Shown: positions 12,317-25,019 of the stretch, one piece after another
How positions within the stretch are numbered: position 1 is the first letter of the stretch
Layout of the letters: each line of letters starts with the position of its first letter
Source: Octopus sinensis
Lineage: Eukaryota
Reading direction: 5' to 3'
Assembly (NCBI RefSeq): GCF_006345805.1
Contig: NC_043014.1
Coordinates: 20,832,001-20,896,000 of the forward strand
Length of the DNA: 64,000 nt
Made by a program: the position numbers and the translations under genes
The notes under the pieces: generated by a model
Told to the model about the DNA's origin: nothing
Seen by the model: the letters and a program-made list of their open reading frames with translations, nothing else
Database searches by the model: none

Positions 12317-12542
12317 TATATATATACATATATATACATATATATTTATAGGTATGTCATATTTTACGTTTGTTGTCTTTTTATTTAATCATGAATATAT
12401 ATATAGGTGAGCACAGGTGTGTACGTACGCCGCTATATGAATATATAAACATAAAAAATGGAACAGAAACGCAAGAGAGCACAATAAAACATTCGGACAG
12501 ATAGACGATACAAAGGCGGATAGAAGGACGGGGAGAAAAACG

Positions 12543-13325
12543 ACGAGTTATTCGTGGCCTTCTTTCTTCAGTCAAGTTACCAGATGTCCTTACAGTTTCG
12601 GGCAGTTACACTTGAGACTGTTCGATCTGGTTTGCCCAAAAAAATTCTAAACTAAGAACATTAGATTTTATATAAGAAAGCTAGCGAATGTGTACGGCAA
12701 CAAAGACAAAAAAACGGAGAACATGGTATATACATTAAGTATGTATCTATATTTTGTACGACTCTTTTACTCTGTCTTTTAGTCCCTCTCATACATTCTT
12801 CCTCTTTTCTTTCTCTCGCTCCCCTTGTCTCTCACATTTTTGGTCCTCTCTTTAACTCTCCCTTTTCCTTCTCGTTTATCTCCCCTGTACATTTTCCTTT
12901 GTCTCTTTGATTTTTTCTAATCTTTCAGTCCCGCTACCCCTACCCCTCTCTCCTTCCACGTGACCGGTGTCCGGCCAGCCATGATCTTTCTTGGCCTGAC
13001 TGCCGACCGCCAACACCGCTTATGTCCATCTATGTTCCTGCCTTTAGGATTTCACTTCATACACGCCAGCTCAGTTTGATTCATCCTCAGTAGAAAGACA
13101 CCTGTTGTTATATTCTTGTTGTTTGTATTTGTAATTGTGTACCATGTTCTCCGTTTTCTATCTTTGTTGCCGTACACATTCGCTAGCTTTCTTACAAAAA
13201 ATATAATGCTCTTAGCTTATACTTTTGGTGGGGCAACCAGATCGAACAGTCTCAAGTGTAACTGCCCGAAACTGTAACGTTTTCTGGTAAACTTGACTGA
13301 TGAAAGAAGGCCACGAATGACTCGT
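12543..13325. repeat. Long inverted repeat (~185-bp arms, ~410-bp spacer), possibly inverted Penelope-like termini
   Basis: 12543-12728 is the reverse complement of 13140-13325 with few mismatches (e.g. ACAGTTTCGGGCAGTTACACTTGAGACTGTTCGATCTGG). The Penelope assignment is inference. Confidence 0.75.
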
Positions 13326-13752
13326 GCTTTTTTCCCTGACCTTCTAATTGTTGTTTGCATGTGGTTACATGTTTCTGTGGATATGTTTGTGTATGTGCGC
13401 GTTTGTGTATGCGTATGTAACTGCATATGTGTGTGAGTACTTGCTTTTCTGTTGTATGCACGCGGCTTTGTCTGTGCTTGTATGCGTGTATGTGTATGTG
13501 TTTGTTTTATATAGCTGCATATACACGTATACATTTATATATGTGTGTATGTATGTATATATGTACCAACGAACACACTTGACAAATATCTGTTTACAAG
13601 TATGCTTATCACATTCGCTATCTAATTAGACGCGCAAATCTATATCATAACCGCCTCACTGCTTATTTAGGTGTCAGGTCTCTTTGACAAATTTATGTTA
13701 TTCATCAACTATAACTCTTTTGTGAAAATTTTCATTAAGAAACTCCCTCTCT

Positions 13753-13793
<41 letters not shown>

Positions 13794-14844
13794 TTGAACA
13801 GAAACTAACGCTGCCTTTCCTTAATTTCCTTGACTGGTTAGTGGCAGAGTTACATAACTACGTACAATAACTGTTACAAATTTTGACCGAAGTTCAGCGA
13901 TTTTAGTAGGTGGGAACATATCGACAACTTTGACTCCCAATGTTTGATTGGAACTTTGTTTTATCGATCCATGAGTAAAAAACAAAGTCGACTTCGGTGG
14001 AATTTGAACTCAGACCGTAATGAGTCGGAAAAAATGCCACTAAGCTTTTTGTCCACTCTGGTTTGTTGTCTTAATAATTGCGGATAATGATACAAAGGTT
14101 TTATTTTCAAGGTGCTACATAACATATAAATATATGTAATATGAATATTTATGTATATCTCTGCTATATTGTTAAAAGTATTTAGTTTCTGTTCGGACTT
14201 CCGTGATTTTCAACTCATGTAGACAAGCAGCCTGAACAACAACAACGACAACCAACGACTCAGCAACAACAACCAGTATATTTAGATATTTTAGCTGTGA
14301 AAAATATAGCAAGGTATCGCATATACAGTTTTTTCCATTTTGATCAGTTCATCTAGCTGTTAATAGGCGCAATGGAGTGGTACACAGTTTCTCACTGTAA
14401 TGACATGCTGTCCATCTTGTTATGAATAAATTCCATTTCATTGAGCTGTTGTTGATCCACTGGCAGATAAGAGTCACAGCGTGCCGTTACTGATTATCTA
14501 TGCTGGTTGTATGTTTACCTGTCGACGCTGGCCGATTGCGAGACGGACGTGTCGCTCCATGCGTTAGGGGATTAATCCCGGCCAAATTCAGGTAGAATTT
14601 GAACTCAGAACGTAAAGAACCAAACCAGATATCACATGCATATTGTCCAACGTTCTAACAATTCCCCCAAGCTATTGTACCGTGATAGGGACTCTGTCTA
14701 CCAAGCGTGAGAGTATGAGAGGCAAAGTCGATCTCAGCTAGATTCGAATTCAGAGGAATCATGCCAGCCATTCTATCAAACGTTCTATTGACTCAGCTAA
14801 TTCACCACCTTATGTCATAAAGTATGTTTTTAACTTATTACCTT

Positions 14845-14990
14845 TACTTATTTCTGTCATTTGACTGCGACCATGCTGGAGCGCCACTTTAACGAGTTAT
14901 AGTCGAACAAGTTGTCCCCAGTACTCTTTTGTTTTTTAATCTGATACCTATTCCATCGGGTTATTTTGCCAAACCGCTAAGTTACAGGAC
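14845..14990 (-). mobile_element. SINE family A, 3' half
   Basis: TCATTTGACTGCGACCATGCTGGAGC...AAACCGCTAAGTTACAGG. Confidence 0.7.
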
Positions 14991-15061
14991 AAACACACAC
15001 ACACACACACACACACACCACACACACACACACACACACATACACACACACACACACACGT

Positions 15062-15522
15062 AGGCGCATGCGTAGGTGTGTGATAAGAAATTTGCTTCCC
15101 GACCACATGGTTCCGGGTTCAGTCCCACTGCGTAGCATCTCGAGCAAGTATTTTCTACAATAGCCTCGGACCAACCAAAGCCTTGTGAGTGGATTTGCTA
15201 GACGAAAACTGAAAGAAGCCCATCGTGTGTGTGTGTGTGTGTGTGCGTGTGTGTGTGTATGCGCGTGTGTGTGTGTCTGTGTGTGCGTGTGTGTGTATGT
15301 GTGTGTGTTTGTGTCTGTGTTTGTCCCACCACCATCGCATGACACCCGGTACTGGTGTGTTTACGTCACCACAACTTAGCGGCTCAGCAAAAAGAGATTG
15401 GTAGAATCAGTAGTAAAATAAAGAGATAAAAAAGAAAAATTCCAGGGTCGATTTATACGACTAAAACCCTTTGAGACGGTGCTCCAGCATGGCTGCAATC
15501 AAACGACTGAAGCACATAAAAG
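15062..15522 (+). mobile_element. SINE family A
   Basis: Head GGTTCCGGGTTCAGTCCCACTGCG, a central (TG)n, and the tail GCATGGCTGCAATCAAACGACTGAA. Confidence 0.85.
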
Positions 15523-15779
15523 ATAAAGAAGATAAACGACATACAGCATAGATTTCGGTGAAGATTCTATCAAATTCAAGTACAAAAGGGATTCGTCGGC
15601 TTAAGGGCTGAGGCTATATAGTATAAGTCACTTGCCTGAGGTACCGCACAGTGAGACTGAACCCGAAAGATCGTGGTTGCAAAATGAGCTTCTTTATGGC
15701 AGCCTTGCCTACCGCTTCATCCACCCCTAGAAAGAGAGGCATTGATAAAGAAACCCTGGGAGACCAAGTAGTTTGGTAC

Positions 15780-15812
<33 letters not shown>

Positions 15813-16020
15813 GACTGGGCCCGAGTGAGCAGATAAACAAATGTCTAAACATGCTCCTTCTGTGACCATCCCATCTTTTATCTTGAAATAATATAACGCA
15901 GAATGCATTATCATTTTTCTCCTCTTTTCTATGTGTGTGAGTGTGTACTTACGTGTGTGTGCGTATGTGCGTGTTAAGGATGCTAGAATGCTTTTTGAAG
16001 TGGATTTAGGCAGCTATTTT

Positions 16021-16180
16021 CAGCAGGAGTGGCTGTGTGGTAAGTAGCTTGCTTACCAACCACATGGTTCTTGGTTCAATCCTACTGCATGGCACCTTGG
16101 GCAAGTGTTTCTATTATACTCTCGGGCCGACCAAAGCCTTGTGAGTGAATTTGGTAGACGGAAAATGAAAGAAGCCATCG

Positions 16181-16235
<55 letters not shown>

Positions 16236-16445
16236 TGTGTATTTGTCTGTCTATATTTGTCCCCCCAACATCGCTTGACAACCGATACTGGTGTGTTTAC
16301 GTCGCCGTATGTTAGCGGTTCGGCAAAATAGACTGATAGAATAAGTACTGGGCTTACAAAGAAAAAGTCCTGAAGTCGATTTGCTCGGCTAAAGGCGGTG
16401 CCCCAGCACGGCCGCAGTCAAATGACTGAAACAAGTAAAAGAATG
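16021..16445 (+). mobile_element. SINE family A
   Basis: CAGGAGTGGCTGTGTGGTAAGTAGCTTGC (A box)...GGTTCAATCC (B box)...GTCAAATGACTGAAACAAGTAAAAG. Confidence 0.9.
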
Positions 16446-16914
16446 AAAGAATGAAAGAATATCGAAAGACAACGTAGAGCATCCTAAATCAAGCAAAAAT
16501 CAGCCTATAACTCAAATAGCACACCTTCTATCCTTCCACCCACACTCTACTCAGTATGTGTGTGTGCGCGCGCGTTAGTGTGTACAGAGTTGAATGCTCT
16601 AGTAGTGTCATTCAACACAAACCATAGTTACGTTTGACTAACAACGAAGCTATTTTTTTTAATAGATGTTCCAAGGGAGGCCACTTAAACGTCTTTGATT
16701 ATCAAACTTAATTACTTCCCTTTGAATGGACTGACAACTATTGTTACAATTTACGTCAGTGAATCTCTTTGACGTTGACTTCCAGGCCCATTCGAGATTA
16801 AATAAAAAGAGACAATAGTGGCATATTTGGGGTGGAAAGTTTAAAGAATAATCTGTTTTAGAGTTAATAATATATAGAAAATTTGAGCCTTATTTCATTA
16901 TCTTATCTTTTACC

Positions 16915-17285
16915 TTTTACATACTTATCTTTTACCTTTTACTTGTTTCAATCGTTAGACTGCGGCCATGCAGGGGCATCACCTTGAAGGATTTGTAGTC
17001 GAATGTATTAACCCCAGTACTCATTTTTTAAAGGTCTGGTATTTATTCGTGTCTGTTTTCCCGAATCGCTAAGTTAAGGGGCGTTAAGACGCCAGCGCAC
17101 ATTGACAAGCAGTGGTGCCGGTGGGATTACAAATACAGACACAAAGATACACACATGCTGGCTTTGGTCGGCCCGAGGCTATAGTAGAAAACATTTGCCT
17201 AAGGGTGCCAATGCTGTGAAACTGAACCCGTTACTATGTGGTTTAGAAGCAAACTTCTTACCACCCAGTCACACCTACGCCTATA
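16915..17285 (-). mobile_element. SINE family A, diverged and internally deleted
   Basis: Reverse-complement tail TTTTACTTGTTTCAATCGTTAGACTGCGGCCATG and head ...ACTGAACCCG...CTTCTTACCACCCAGTCACACC. Confidence 0.75.
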
Positions 17286-17605
17286 CTTAAGTATAACAAT
17301 ATTGTGACGTAAACGTTTTTCAAGACATTAGGATGTATTTTCTAAAGACCTAAGCATTTTTTAAATTCTCCGGTATACCTTGCGGTACACCGTTTGAAAA
17401 CTAATGTCTTTCGAAGTCTACGACTGTTAAAAACAGTTGTTAAATTTTACCCGCGAATCACGCCTTACCGTCTCAAAATAGACAAGAGATCTTGAATGTC
17501 CATTGCTTGAAAAAAAGAAACAAGAACTGGATGAGTGTGGATTGAATGTTTGGTGGGCCATTGCTGATATTTTTATTTGTTTTGTTTTCATGCATTGGTC
17601 TGGAG

Positions 17606-17862
17606 CAATGTTTCCCAAAATATTTTCCCTCAGACCCCACTGTAACTTTCCAGAAAAATGTATTCTCCGCTCGGGTTTGGAAAAAAAGCAATTTTATTTT
17701 TGATATTTTATCACAATTATTTAATACAAAAGAATTTATCGGTAACTCTTTTATTAAGGAATGAGTACAAAAAAGTGTACAATATTGACTACGGTACCAC
17801 GCCCTGCCACAATTTTCCCAGGCCCCTCCGGTGGAGCGTATGCCCCACATTGCGAATCACTG
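17606..17862. mobile_element. hAT-type MITE, 257 bp
   Basis: Ends CAATGTTTCCCAA and (reverse complement) CAGTGATTCGCAA. The 8-bp flanks GTCTGGAG (17598-17605) and GTCTGGCA (17863-17870) resemble the NTCTAGAN hAT target. Confidence 0.7.
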
Positions 17863-18249
17863 GTCTGGCAGATTAAGTCATGCCTTTTTATTGCCTTCAC
17901 GCCTTGTGACAGTGGTAAAGAGATTCCCGCAGTTGACACATTCCTTTTGAATTGTAGCAAATTGATAACTGCAGAAAAAAAAACATGGTTTGGAAGGAAC
18001 TTCTGAATGGTTTCGCTCTGAAGAAGAAGGATTGGAAGCAGTGGTAGGCACAGAACTTGCTTACTGGTGGGGCCACAATATAGACGAGGGAATCAGGAAA
18101 CATAAATAAGTTAGGTACCTTTGAAAGGAACTGGTAAAAGACCAGCCATATCCAAGGAGTATTTTCAGGCTCAGAAGAGAAAAGAGAGCTTTTGTGATGT
18201 ACTTTCTGCTGTGTTGAGGTTGTGTGTTCGGCAGGAGAGATCGTCAAGA

Positions 18250-18407
18250 ATGATAAGAATAAGTACTAGGATTTTAAAAAATAAGTCATTGGTCGATTTG
18301 TTCCACTAAAACCCTTCAAGGCGGTGCTCCAGTATGGCTGCAGTCAAATGACTGAAACGTTTCAGTCATTGTTTCAGTCATTAGAATACGGCCATGCTGG
18401 CGCTCCG
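18250..18407. mobile_element. Two SINE family A 3' ends fused tail-to-tail
   Basis: The + tail ends AATGACTGAAAC and is followed immediately by GTTTCAGTCATT (24-bp palindrome), then a second minus-strand tail. Confidence 0.7.
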
Positions 18408-18557
18408 TCAACAATACATCATTACATCAGACAAGCTTAACCGACAAGGAAGCCTCAAGATCAGTTGTTCTAAACCGGGATCAATATGGCCCCTAAGGAT
18501 CCATATAAGATGTTTTATTAAAATTTATCTGCAATAAACTGGTTATACTTCTACATC

Positions 18558-18715
18558 GGCGCAAGCGTGACTACGTGGTAAGAAGTTTGTTTCCCAATAA
18601 CATGGTTTTGGGTTCAGTCCCACTGCGTGGCACCTTAGGCAAGTGTCTTCTACTATAGTCCCAGACCGACCAAAGCCTTGTGAGCGGATTTAGTAGAGAG
18701 AAACTGAAAGAAATG

Positions 18716-18767
<52 letters not shown>

Positions 18768-18985
18768 TGTGTGTGTGTTTGTCCCGAACCACTGTTTGAC
18801 AACCGGTGCTGGTGTGTTTATGTCCCGTAATTTAGCGATTCGGCCAAAGATACCTATAGAATAAGTACCAGGTTTTACAAAAAAAAGTCATTAGTACTGG
18901 TGTCGATTCGTCCGATTAAAATTCCTCAAGGTGGTGCCCCAGTGTCGCCGGAATCTAATGACTGAAACAAATAAAAGTTAAAGGA
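18558..18985 (+). mobile_element. SINE family A
   Basis: Head GGTTTTGGGTTCAGTCCCACTGCGTGGCACC, central (TG)n, and tail AATGACTGAAACAAATAAAAG. Confidence 0.85.
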
Positions 18986-19316
18986 CAAAATATACGAATT
19001 ATTTTAATTTTTCATGCTATTCCTAATAATATCTAATTATAAAAAATATAATAATGCTTTTTTTTTTAGCATTGAATGGCTAAGCGGGTTCACCGAAGTA
19101 AAATAGGAATCCATAGGGGTCGATAGACAAAAATAGTTGAGTAACACTGCTCGACGTGGTCATCCGACTTGCCAGAAATCGCTATCAAATTCTCTTTCAC
19201 CAACTTAGAGACGGACACTTTAAATGATATGCTCTTGGTTTACCTGCACGTAGGAAACTGGTGTGATGCTCGTAGCTGGAATACCCACTGGTCGTTGGTC
19301 TGTTCGATCGGCACTG

Positions 19317-19424
<108 letters not shown>

Positions 19425-19425
19425 G

Positions 19426-19685
19426 GAAAGTTATGGAGCATGAGGAAAGTAATGGTGATACCGGTGGTAATTGGAGCATTAGGAGCAGTTTTCAAGGGCT
19501 TTGAAAAACGTATTTATTGGAGCTGCTGTCTGCAGGCTCGATGTGATCCAGAAGACAGCATTGTTGGGTACAGAACGCATTCTAAGGAGAGTATTTTCTC
19601 TTTGAGTCACAGGAGAGGGCACTACTTGAAACCTTTGGTGATTTGTTATTGCCTGCTTTCAAGTAATGAGTAACCGTGAGTCTTT
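19426..19685 (+). mobile_element. R4/Dong-clade LINE 3' end, flanked by (TAA)n on both sides
   Basis: LWSMRKVMVIPVVIGALGAV...IQKTALLGTERILRRV, then a short 3' UTR. (TAA)n at about 19350-19425 and 19690-19753. Confidence 0.85.
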
Positions 19686-19689
19686 AATC

Positions 19690-19753
<64 letters not shown>

Positions 19754-19754
<1 letters not shown>

Positions 19755-20261
19755 TAACTGATTGGAAGTGTTATCATGTACATTGTTTTGTCTTAGTATA
19801 AAAGATGGGCTACAGCAAATATTCTGCTGAATACCACAGATTTGCTTGTCAGTTGATCGACCATAACCAGTTGAGCATGTCCCTTAGTGGCTGACGATAT
19901 GTGCATCTCTGATCACAAGCAGAAGTAGTGGGGGAGCATCATAGCCGTGTGTTGAAAGGAATTCTTGGAGGTTTAGATAATTCACTTTTGGAAACATGGG
20001 TGGTTTGTTCAACATCCTTAAACAATCCTTATTCAGGGACCTTTTGAACGGGATGGGCTACTCGACCAGAAGAAAATTCTAAGTGGACCCCATCTGCAAG
20101 GTCATGTGCTATTTATCTTGATATGAGATCCTCATGTCGCGCACATATGGTTGTGATGCATGTACCTGGTGTACCCTTATCAGATGGGTAGTCATGGGTA
20201 TACTGGGCTTCGTATATTTTACCCCAGTGTCACTTTGATCGCATGCACTACTCTCTCACTC
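19754..20261 (+). mobile_element. ~500-bp non-coding dispersed element embedded in (AAT)n
   Basis: TTAACTGATTGGAAGTGTTATCATGTAC...CTCTCTCACTC, with (AAT)n on both sides. Homologous copies at 21122-21495 and 21789-22162. Confidence 0.75.
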
Positions 20262-20690
<429 letters not shown>

Positions 20691-20861
20691 AGGTATAAAC
20701 TGAACGGGGTACGCTAAGTACCTTTTTGTACATATATGAGATAATCCTTTAATCCTCCAAATGGTAAATCGAATTAACAACTAAAGCGTGTACATAGCAT
20801 ACGGAACTTGCTGGAGTTTTTAAAACAGTGCAGAGCTCTGTTTTATATTGGTTAAATAGAC

Positions 20862-20865
20862 GATG

Positions 20866-20926
<61 letters not shown>

Positions 20927-20928
20927 TG

Positions 20929-20981
<53 letters not shown>

Positions 20982-21081
20982 CATAATAATAACAACAACA
21001 ACAACAACAACGACGACGACGACGACGACGACGACAACAACAACAACAACAACAACAACAGCAACAATAATAATAATAATC

Positions 21082-21123
<42 letters not shown>

Positions 21124-21738
21124 CAGTACCAGGTAGTGGCTCTCGTGGCTTCTGATCTTAACTGATTGGAAGTGTTATCATGTACATTGTTTCGGCTTGG
21201 TATAAAAGATGGGCTACAGCAAATATTCTGCTCAATACCACAGATTTGCTTATCAGTTGTTTGACCGTAACCAGTTGAGCATGTCCCTTAGTGGCTGACG
21301 ATATGTGCATCTCTGATCATGGGCAGAAGTAGTGGGGGTGCATCATAGCCGTGTGTTGAGAGGGATTAATTGGGGTTTGGATAATTCACCTCTGAAAACA
21401 TGAGTGTTTCATTCAACATGCTTTAAAGAACCCTTATTCAGGGACCTTTTGAGCGAGATGGGATAATCGACCTGAAGAAAATTCCAACTGGTCTTAACTG
21501 ATTGGAAGTGTTATCATGTACATATATGAGATCATCATCATCATCATCATCATCATCATAATAATAATAATAATATAATATAATAATAATAATAATAATA
21601 TAATAATAATAATATAATAATAATAATAATATAATATAATAATATAATAATAATAATCATAATAATAACAACAACAACAACAACAACGACGACGACGACG
21701 ACGACGACAACAACAACAACAACAACAACAACAGCAAC

Positions 21739-21790
<52 letters not shown>

Positions 21791-22197
21791 CAGTACCAGG
21801 TAGTGGCTCTCGTGGCTTCTGATCTTAACTGATTGGAAGTGTTATCATGTACATTGTTTCGGCTTGGTATAAAAGATGGGCTACAGCAAATATTCTGCTC
21901 AATACCACAGATTTGCTTATCAGTTGTTTGACCGTAACCAGTTGAGCATGTCCCTTAGTGGCTGACGATATGTGCATCTCTGATCATGGGCAGAAGTAGT
22001 GGGGGTGCATCATAGCCGTGTGTTGAGAGGGATTAATTGGGGTTTGGATAATTCACCTCTGAAAACATGAGTGTTTCATTCAACATGCTTTAAAGAACCC
22101 TTATTCAGGGACCTTTTGAGCGAGATGGGATAATCGACCTGAAGAAAATTCCAACTGGTCTTAACTGATTGGAAGTGTTATCATGTACATATATGAG

Positions 22198-22205
<8 letters not shown>
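20862..22205 (+). repeat. Tandem duplication, period 667 bp
   Basis: ATGCAGTACCAGG at 21121 and 21788, and ATATGAGATC ends at 21531 and 22198. The (AAC)(GAC)(AAC) block is also duplicated. Confidence 0.9.
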
Positions 22206-22241
<36 letters not shown>

Positions 22242-22294
22242 TATCATCATAATAATAATAATAATATAATAATAATAATTAAAAAAATAATAAT

Positions 22295-22337
<43 letters not shown>

Positions 22338-22365
22338 TAATAATATAATAATAATAATAATAATA

Positions 22366-22408
<43 letters not shown>

Positions 22409-22459
22409 TATTATGATATTATTATTATTATAATAATAATAATAATAATAAATAATAAT

Positions 22460-24127
22460 AATAATTTCTCTATTAACCAGAAAGGGTTTACATAAAAAGC
22501 AGAATGGACAGCACAGGACAAGTACAATGAGGAATATGTGAAAAGCGTGTCAATAATGAAAAACAAAAACAATAATGAAATATAACAACAAAACTCGTGA
22601 AAACCCCACGAGTCCACAAACGTCCTGACCACTAGGGTAGGTGCCCTTTCCGCTTTATCTACAGGCACATGTTTAGAGTAGGCCCATTCATTTGGGCTAT
22701 TCTTGCGACATTCACCCACCTTTTAACAAAGTTGCTGGGGAGAAGAACTTCCCTCTCCATCCTCACTTTCCTTTCCAAGTGAAATTTAAAACAGTTGATG
22801 AGGGCTTGGCCAAAGAGAAAAGTATCTGTCTTCAGCCATGTCAGCCCTCTCTTTTGTTGTTGTTGTGTTGGAGATGTCTGCAGCAGCACGGTTTTCTCTT
22901 TTGATTGTCTAGGGCAGAAAGCCTTTAAGTGGTTTGTTTGGCCACAAATGTGACATCTGGACTTTCTGCCCTCTACCGCTACAAATAACTTTCACCCTCT
23001 TGGGAGCTCGATGAGAACAGGGATCTCTTGTGCGGTCGCGAAATCCACACGCACTAAGATATCCATTACAGTCCCGTACCAGTTTTCTGTTTTGTGTCTC
23101 CGTATTTCAAGGATTTTGGCCGCCGCCAGTAATGAGATGTTCACTTCTGATGGCACTTGTGCCACTTTAACTCTGACAACTCTTCGACCGAGGTACGTCA
23201 GAATCATATGTAATTCCTCGGTCTTCATGTTTGTTGTTGCATTTTCTTTGGCCAGGTATTCTGATGAAAATCTCACCTGAACTGTACCGTAGTTTTTGCG
23301 ACGTGCAATATATTCCATACAGGTCTCAGGCATTTTCGACCTGAGCCTGCGCGGATCTTTCTATCTTGCGCGTCTTTAAAGATATATTGTCCTCCTCCGT
23401 GTCTCTTCCTGCACCTCCTCTGGCGTGTTCAGGTGGGCCGTCCTGCCAGCTCTTGTTAGATGCATTTTTGCTCTAGCCAAGGCAGTTTCTGGCAATTTCA
23501 CTTCTTCCAACCTGTGATACATTTCTGCAAATCCATTTTGTGTTTTCTTAGAAGAAGCAGATGACGTTGTTGTTTTAATAATTCTTTTTCCCTCTTTGTT
23601 TGACGTAATAGTGGCGGCGGTGGCGACAACTACAGGTGCTTCACTTGAAGGAATTCCACCTTCCTTCTTTTCACCTTCCTGCTTATTTTTGTTATGTTGC
23701 TTGGTCCTGTGATGGCAATTATGGTAGCGGTGTTAGTGTTCTCCTCCGCTCCCTCCCTCATGCCTCCGTCTGTATTCATGGTGTTGTTGTTGATGGTGCT
23801 GGTGTTGGTGTTGCTTCTACTCTTCCTCTCCCCCTCAACCAAATTGGTAGTGAAGGGAAGGAAATTACGAAAATGCTGCGAGTTCTCCACACCCATAACT
23901 TGTGTGGCCATATTGCAAGTTTTGTTTAAATATGATATTTTGAGTCATTTAAAACGCAAAATTCGCCCTTACGGACGAATTTTTTGTCACCCCCAGCTAG
24001 CCCTGCTTGTGGCGAGCTGGGTTGTAAAAACAACAGTTCAACAAAAATGGGAAAACAAAATGTAAAACAGCAAGTTTATAGAAAAGTTCACAGACCTCTG
24101 AACACGCGACCGACAACTCCAGACACA
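22460..24127 (-). mobile_element. Internally deleted, ORF1-only Tx1/L1 derivative (HAL1-like) in a (TTA)n array
   Basis: 5' UTR; ORF1 with RRM-like segment and zinc knuckle CHICGQTNHLKAFC (22914-22955); in-frame ORF2 tail LKTDTFLFGQALINCFKFHLERKVRMEREVL...RWVNVARIAQMNG; 3' UTR ending TGTAAACCCTTTCTGGTTAATAGAGAAA followed by (TTA)n. Stops at 22992 and two upstream of 23333. Confidence 0.7.
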
Positions 24128-24134
24128 AATAATG

Positions 24135-24182
<48 letters not shown>

Positions 24183-24460
24183 GTTGTATACAGTGCCCAC
24201 GTGCTCTACAACCAAAAGCGCATGAAGAGTACATAGAATTGGTATGCAGTCTGCACATCCAACATCCAAAATACACTTTCACCTTTATGCTTATCCACCT
24301 TGATCAAAATACGACTGAACCTGGACTCTTGGAGAGAAACCATAATTCTATAAGTCATTCGCTACTAATGATTGCGTTATCTGGAACAATTAAAATCTGG
24401 AAGGTTCTCTTGAATTTAGAGAGTGAATGTTTACATAGAGGACGATGAAGAGAACAAGCG
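24183..24460 (+). mobile_element. Possible RLE-LINE C-terminal fragment
   Basis: KAHEEYIELVCSLHIQHPKYTFTF...IALSGTIKIWKVLLNL resembles the K..KY..L...L..L.P.Y.F / SGT.KI.K.FL ending of RLE LINEs. Bracketed by (TAA)n and (TTA)n. Confidence 0.4.
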
Positions 24461-24520
<60 letters not shown>

Positions 24521-24569
24521 TTGTAACCAAGCAGGATGATTGATCAAGCTCCAATCAGGATGAGAAAAC

Positions 24570-24721
24570 ATACATGTATCGATACATACATACACACATG
24601 AATGCTTGCATGCATGCATACAAACATACATATACACACACATGCATGCATCATACATACACATGCACATATACATACGCACACATACATACACAGACAT
24701 ACATGAACATATATATATATA

Positions 24722-24798
<77 letters not shown>

Positions 24799-24914
24799 CA
24801 TACATACCCATACATTCATACAAAAATACATACACACATACACATAATGTACACATGCATACTACATGTAGACAAACAGGCAGGCAGATACGTACACACA
24901 CACACACACACACA

Positions 24915-24949
<35 letters not shown>

Positions 24950-24986
24950 TACATATATCCATCTATCCATCCATACATACATACAT

Positions 24987-25015
<29 letters not shown>
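24570..25015. repeat. Compound (TACA)/(TA)/(CA)/(CAGA) microsatellite
   Basis: Direct inspection. Confidence 0.95.

Positions 25016-25019
<4 letters not shown>

Noticed and set aside
13270-13325. CTGATGA next to GAAAC as an intact hammerhead ribozyme
   Set aside because: Helices I and II cannot be paired, and the downstream box is GAAT in both arms.
17960-18215. WWGH...GTGKRP resembling an RTE C-terminus
   Set aside because: Too short and degraded to call.
21122-22205. Repeat-spacer look suggesting a CRISPR-like array
   Set aside because: Only two 667-bp units, and the spacers are microsatellites. No short regular repeats or cas genes.
22992-22994. In-frame TGA before the zinc knuckle as programmed read-through or selenocysteine
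   Set aside because: The same frame also has TAA and TAG upstream, so simple decay explains it.
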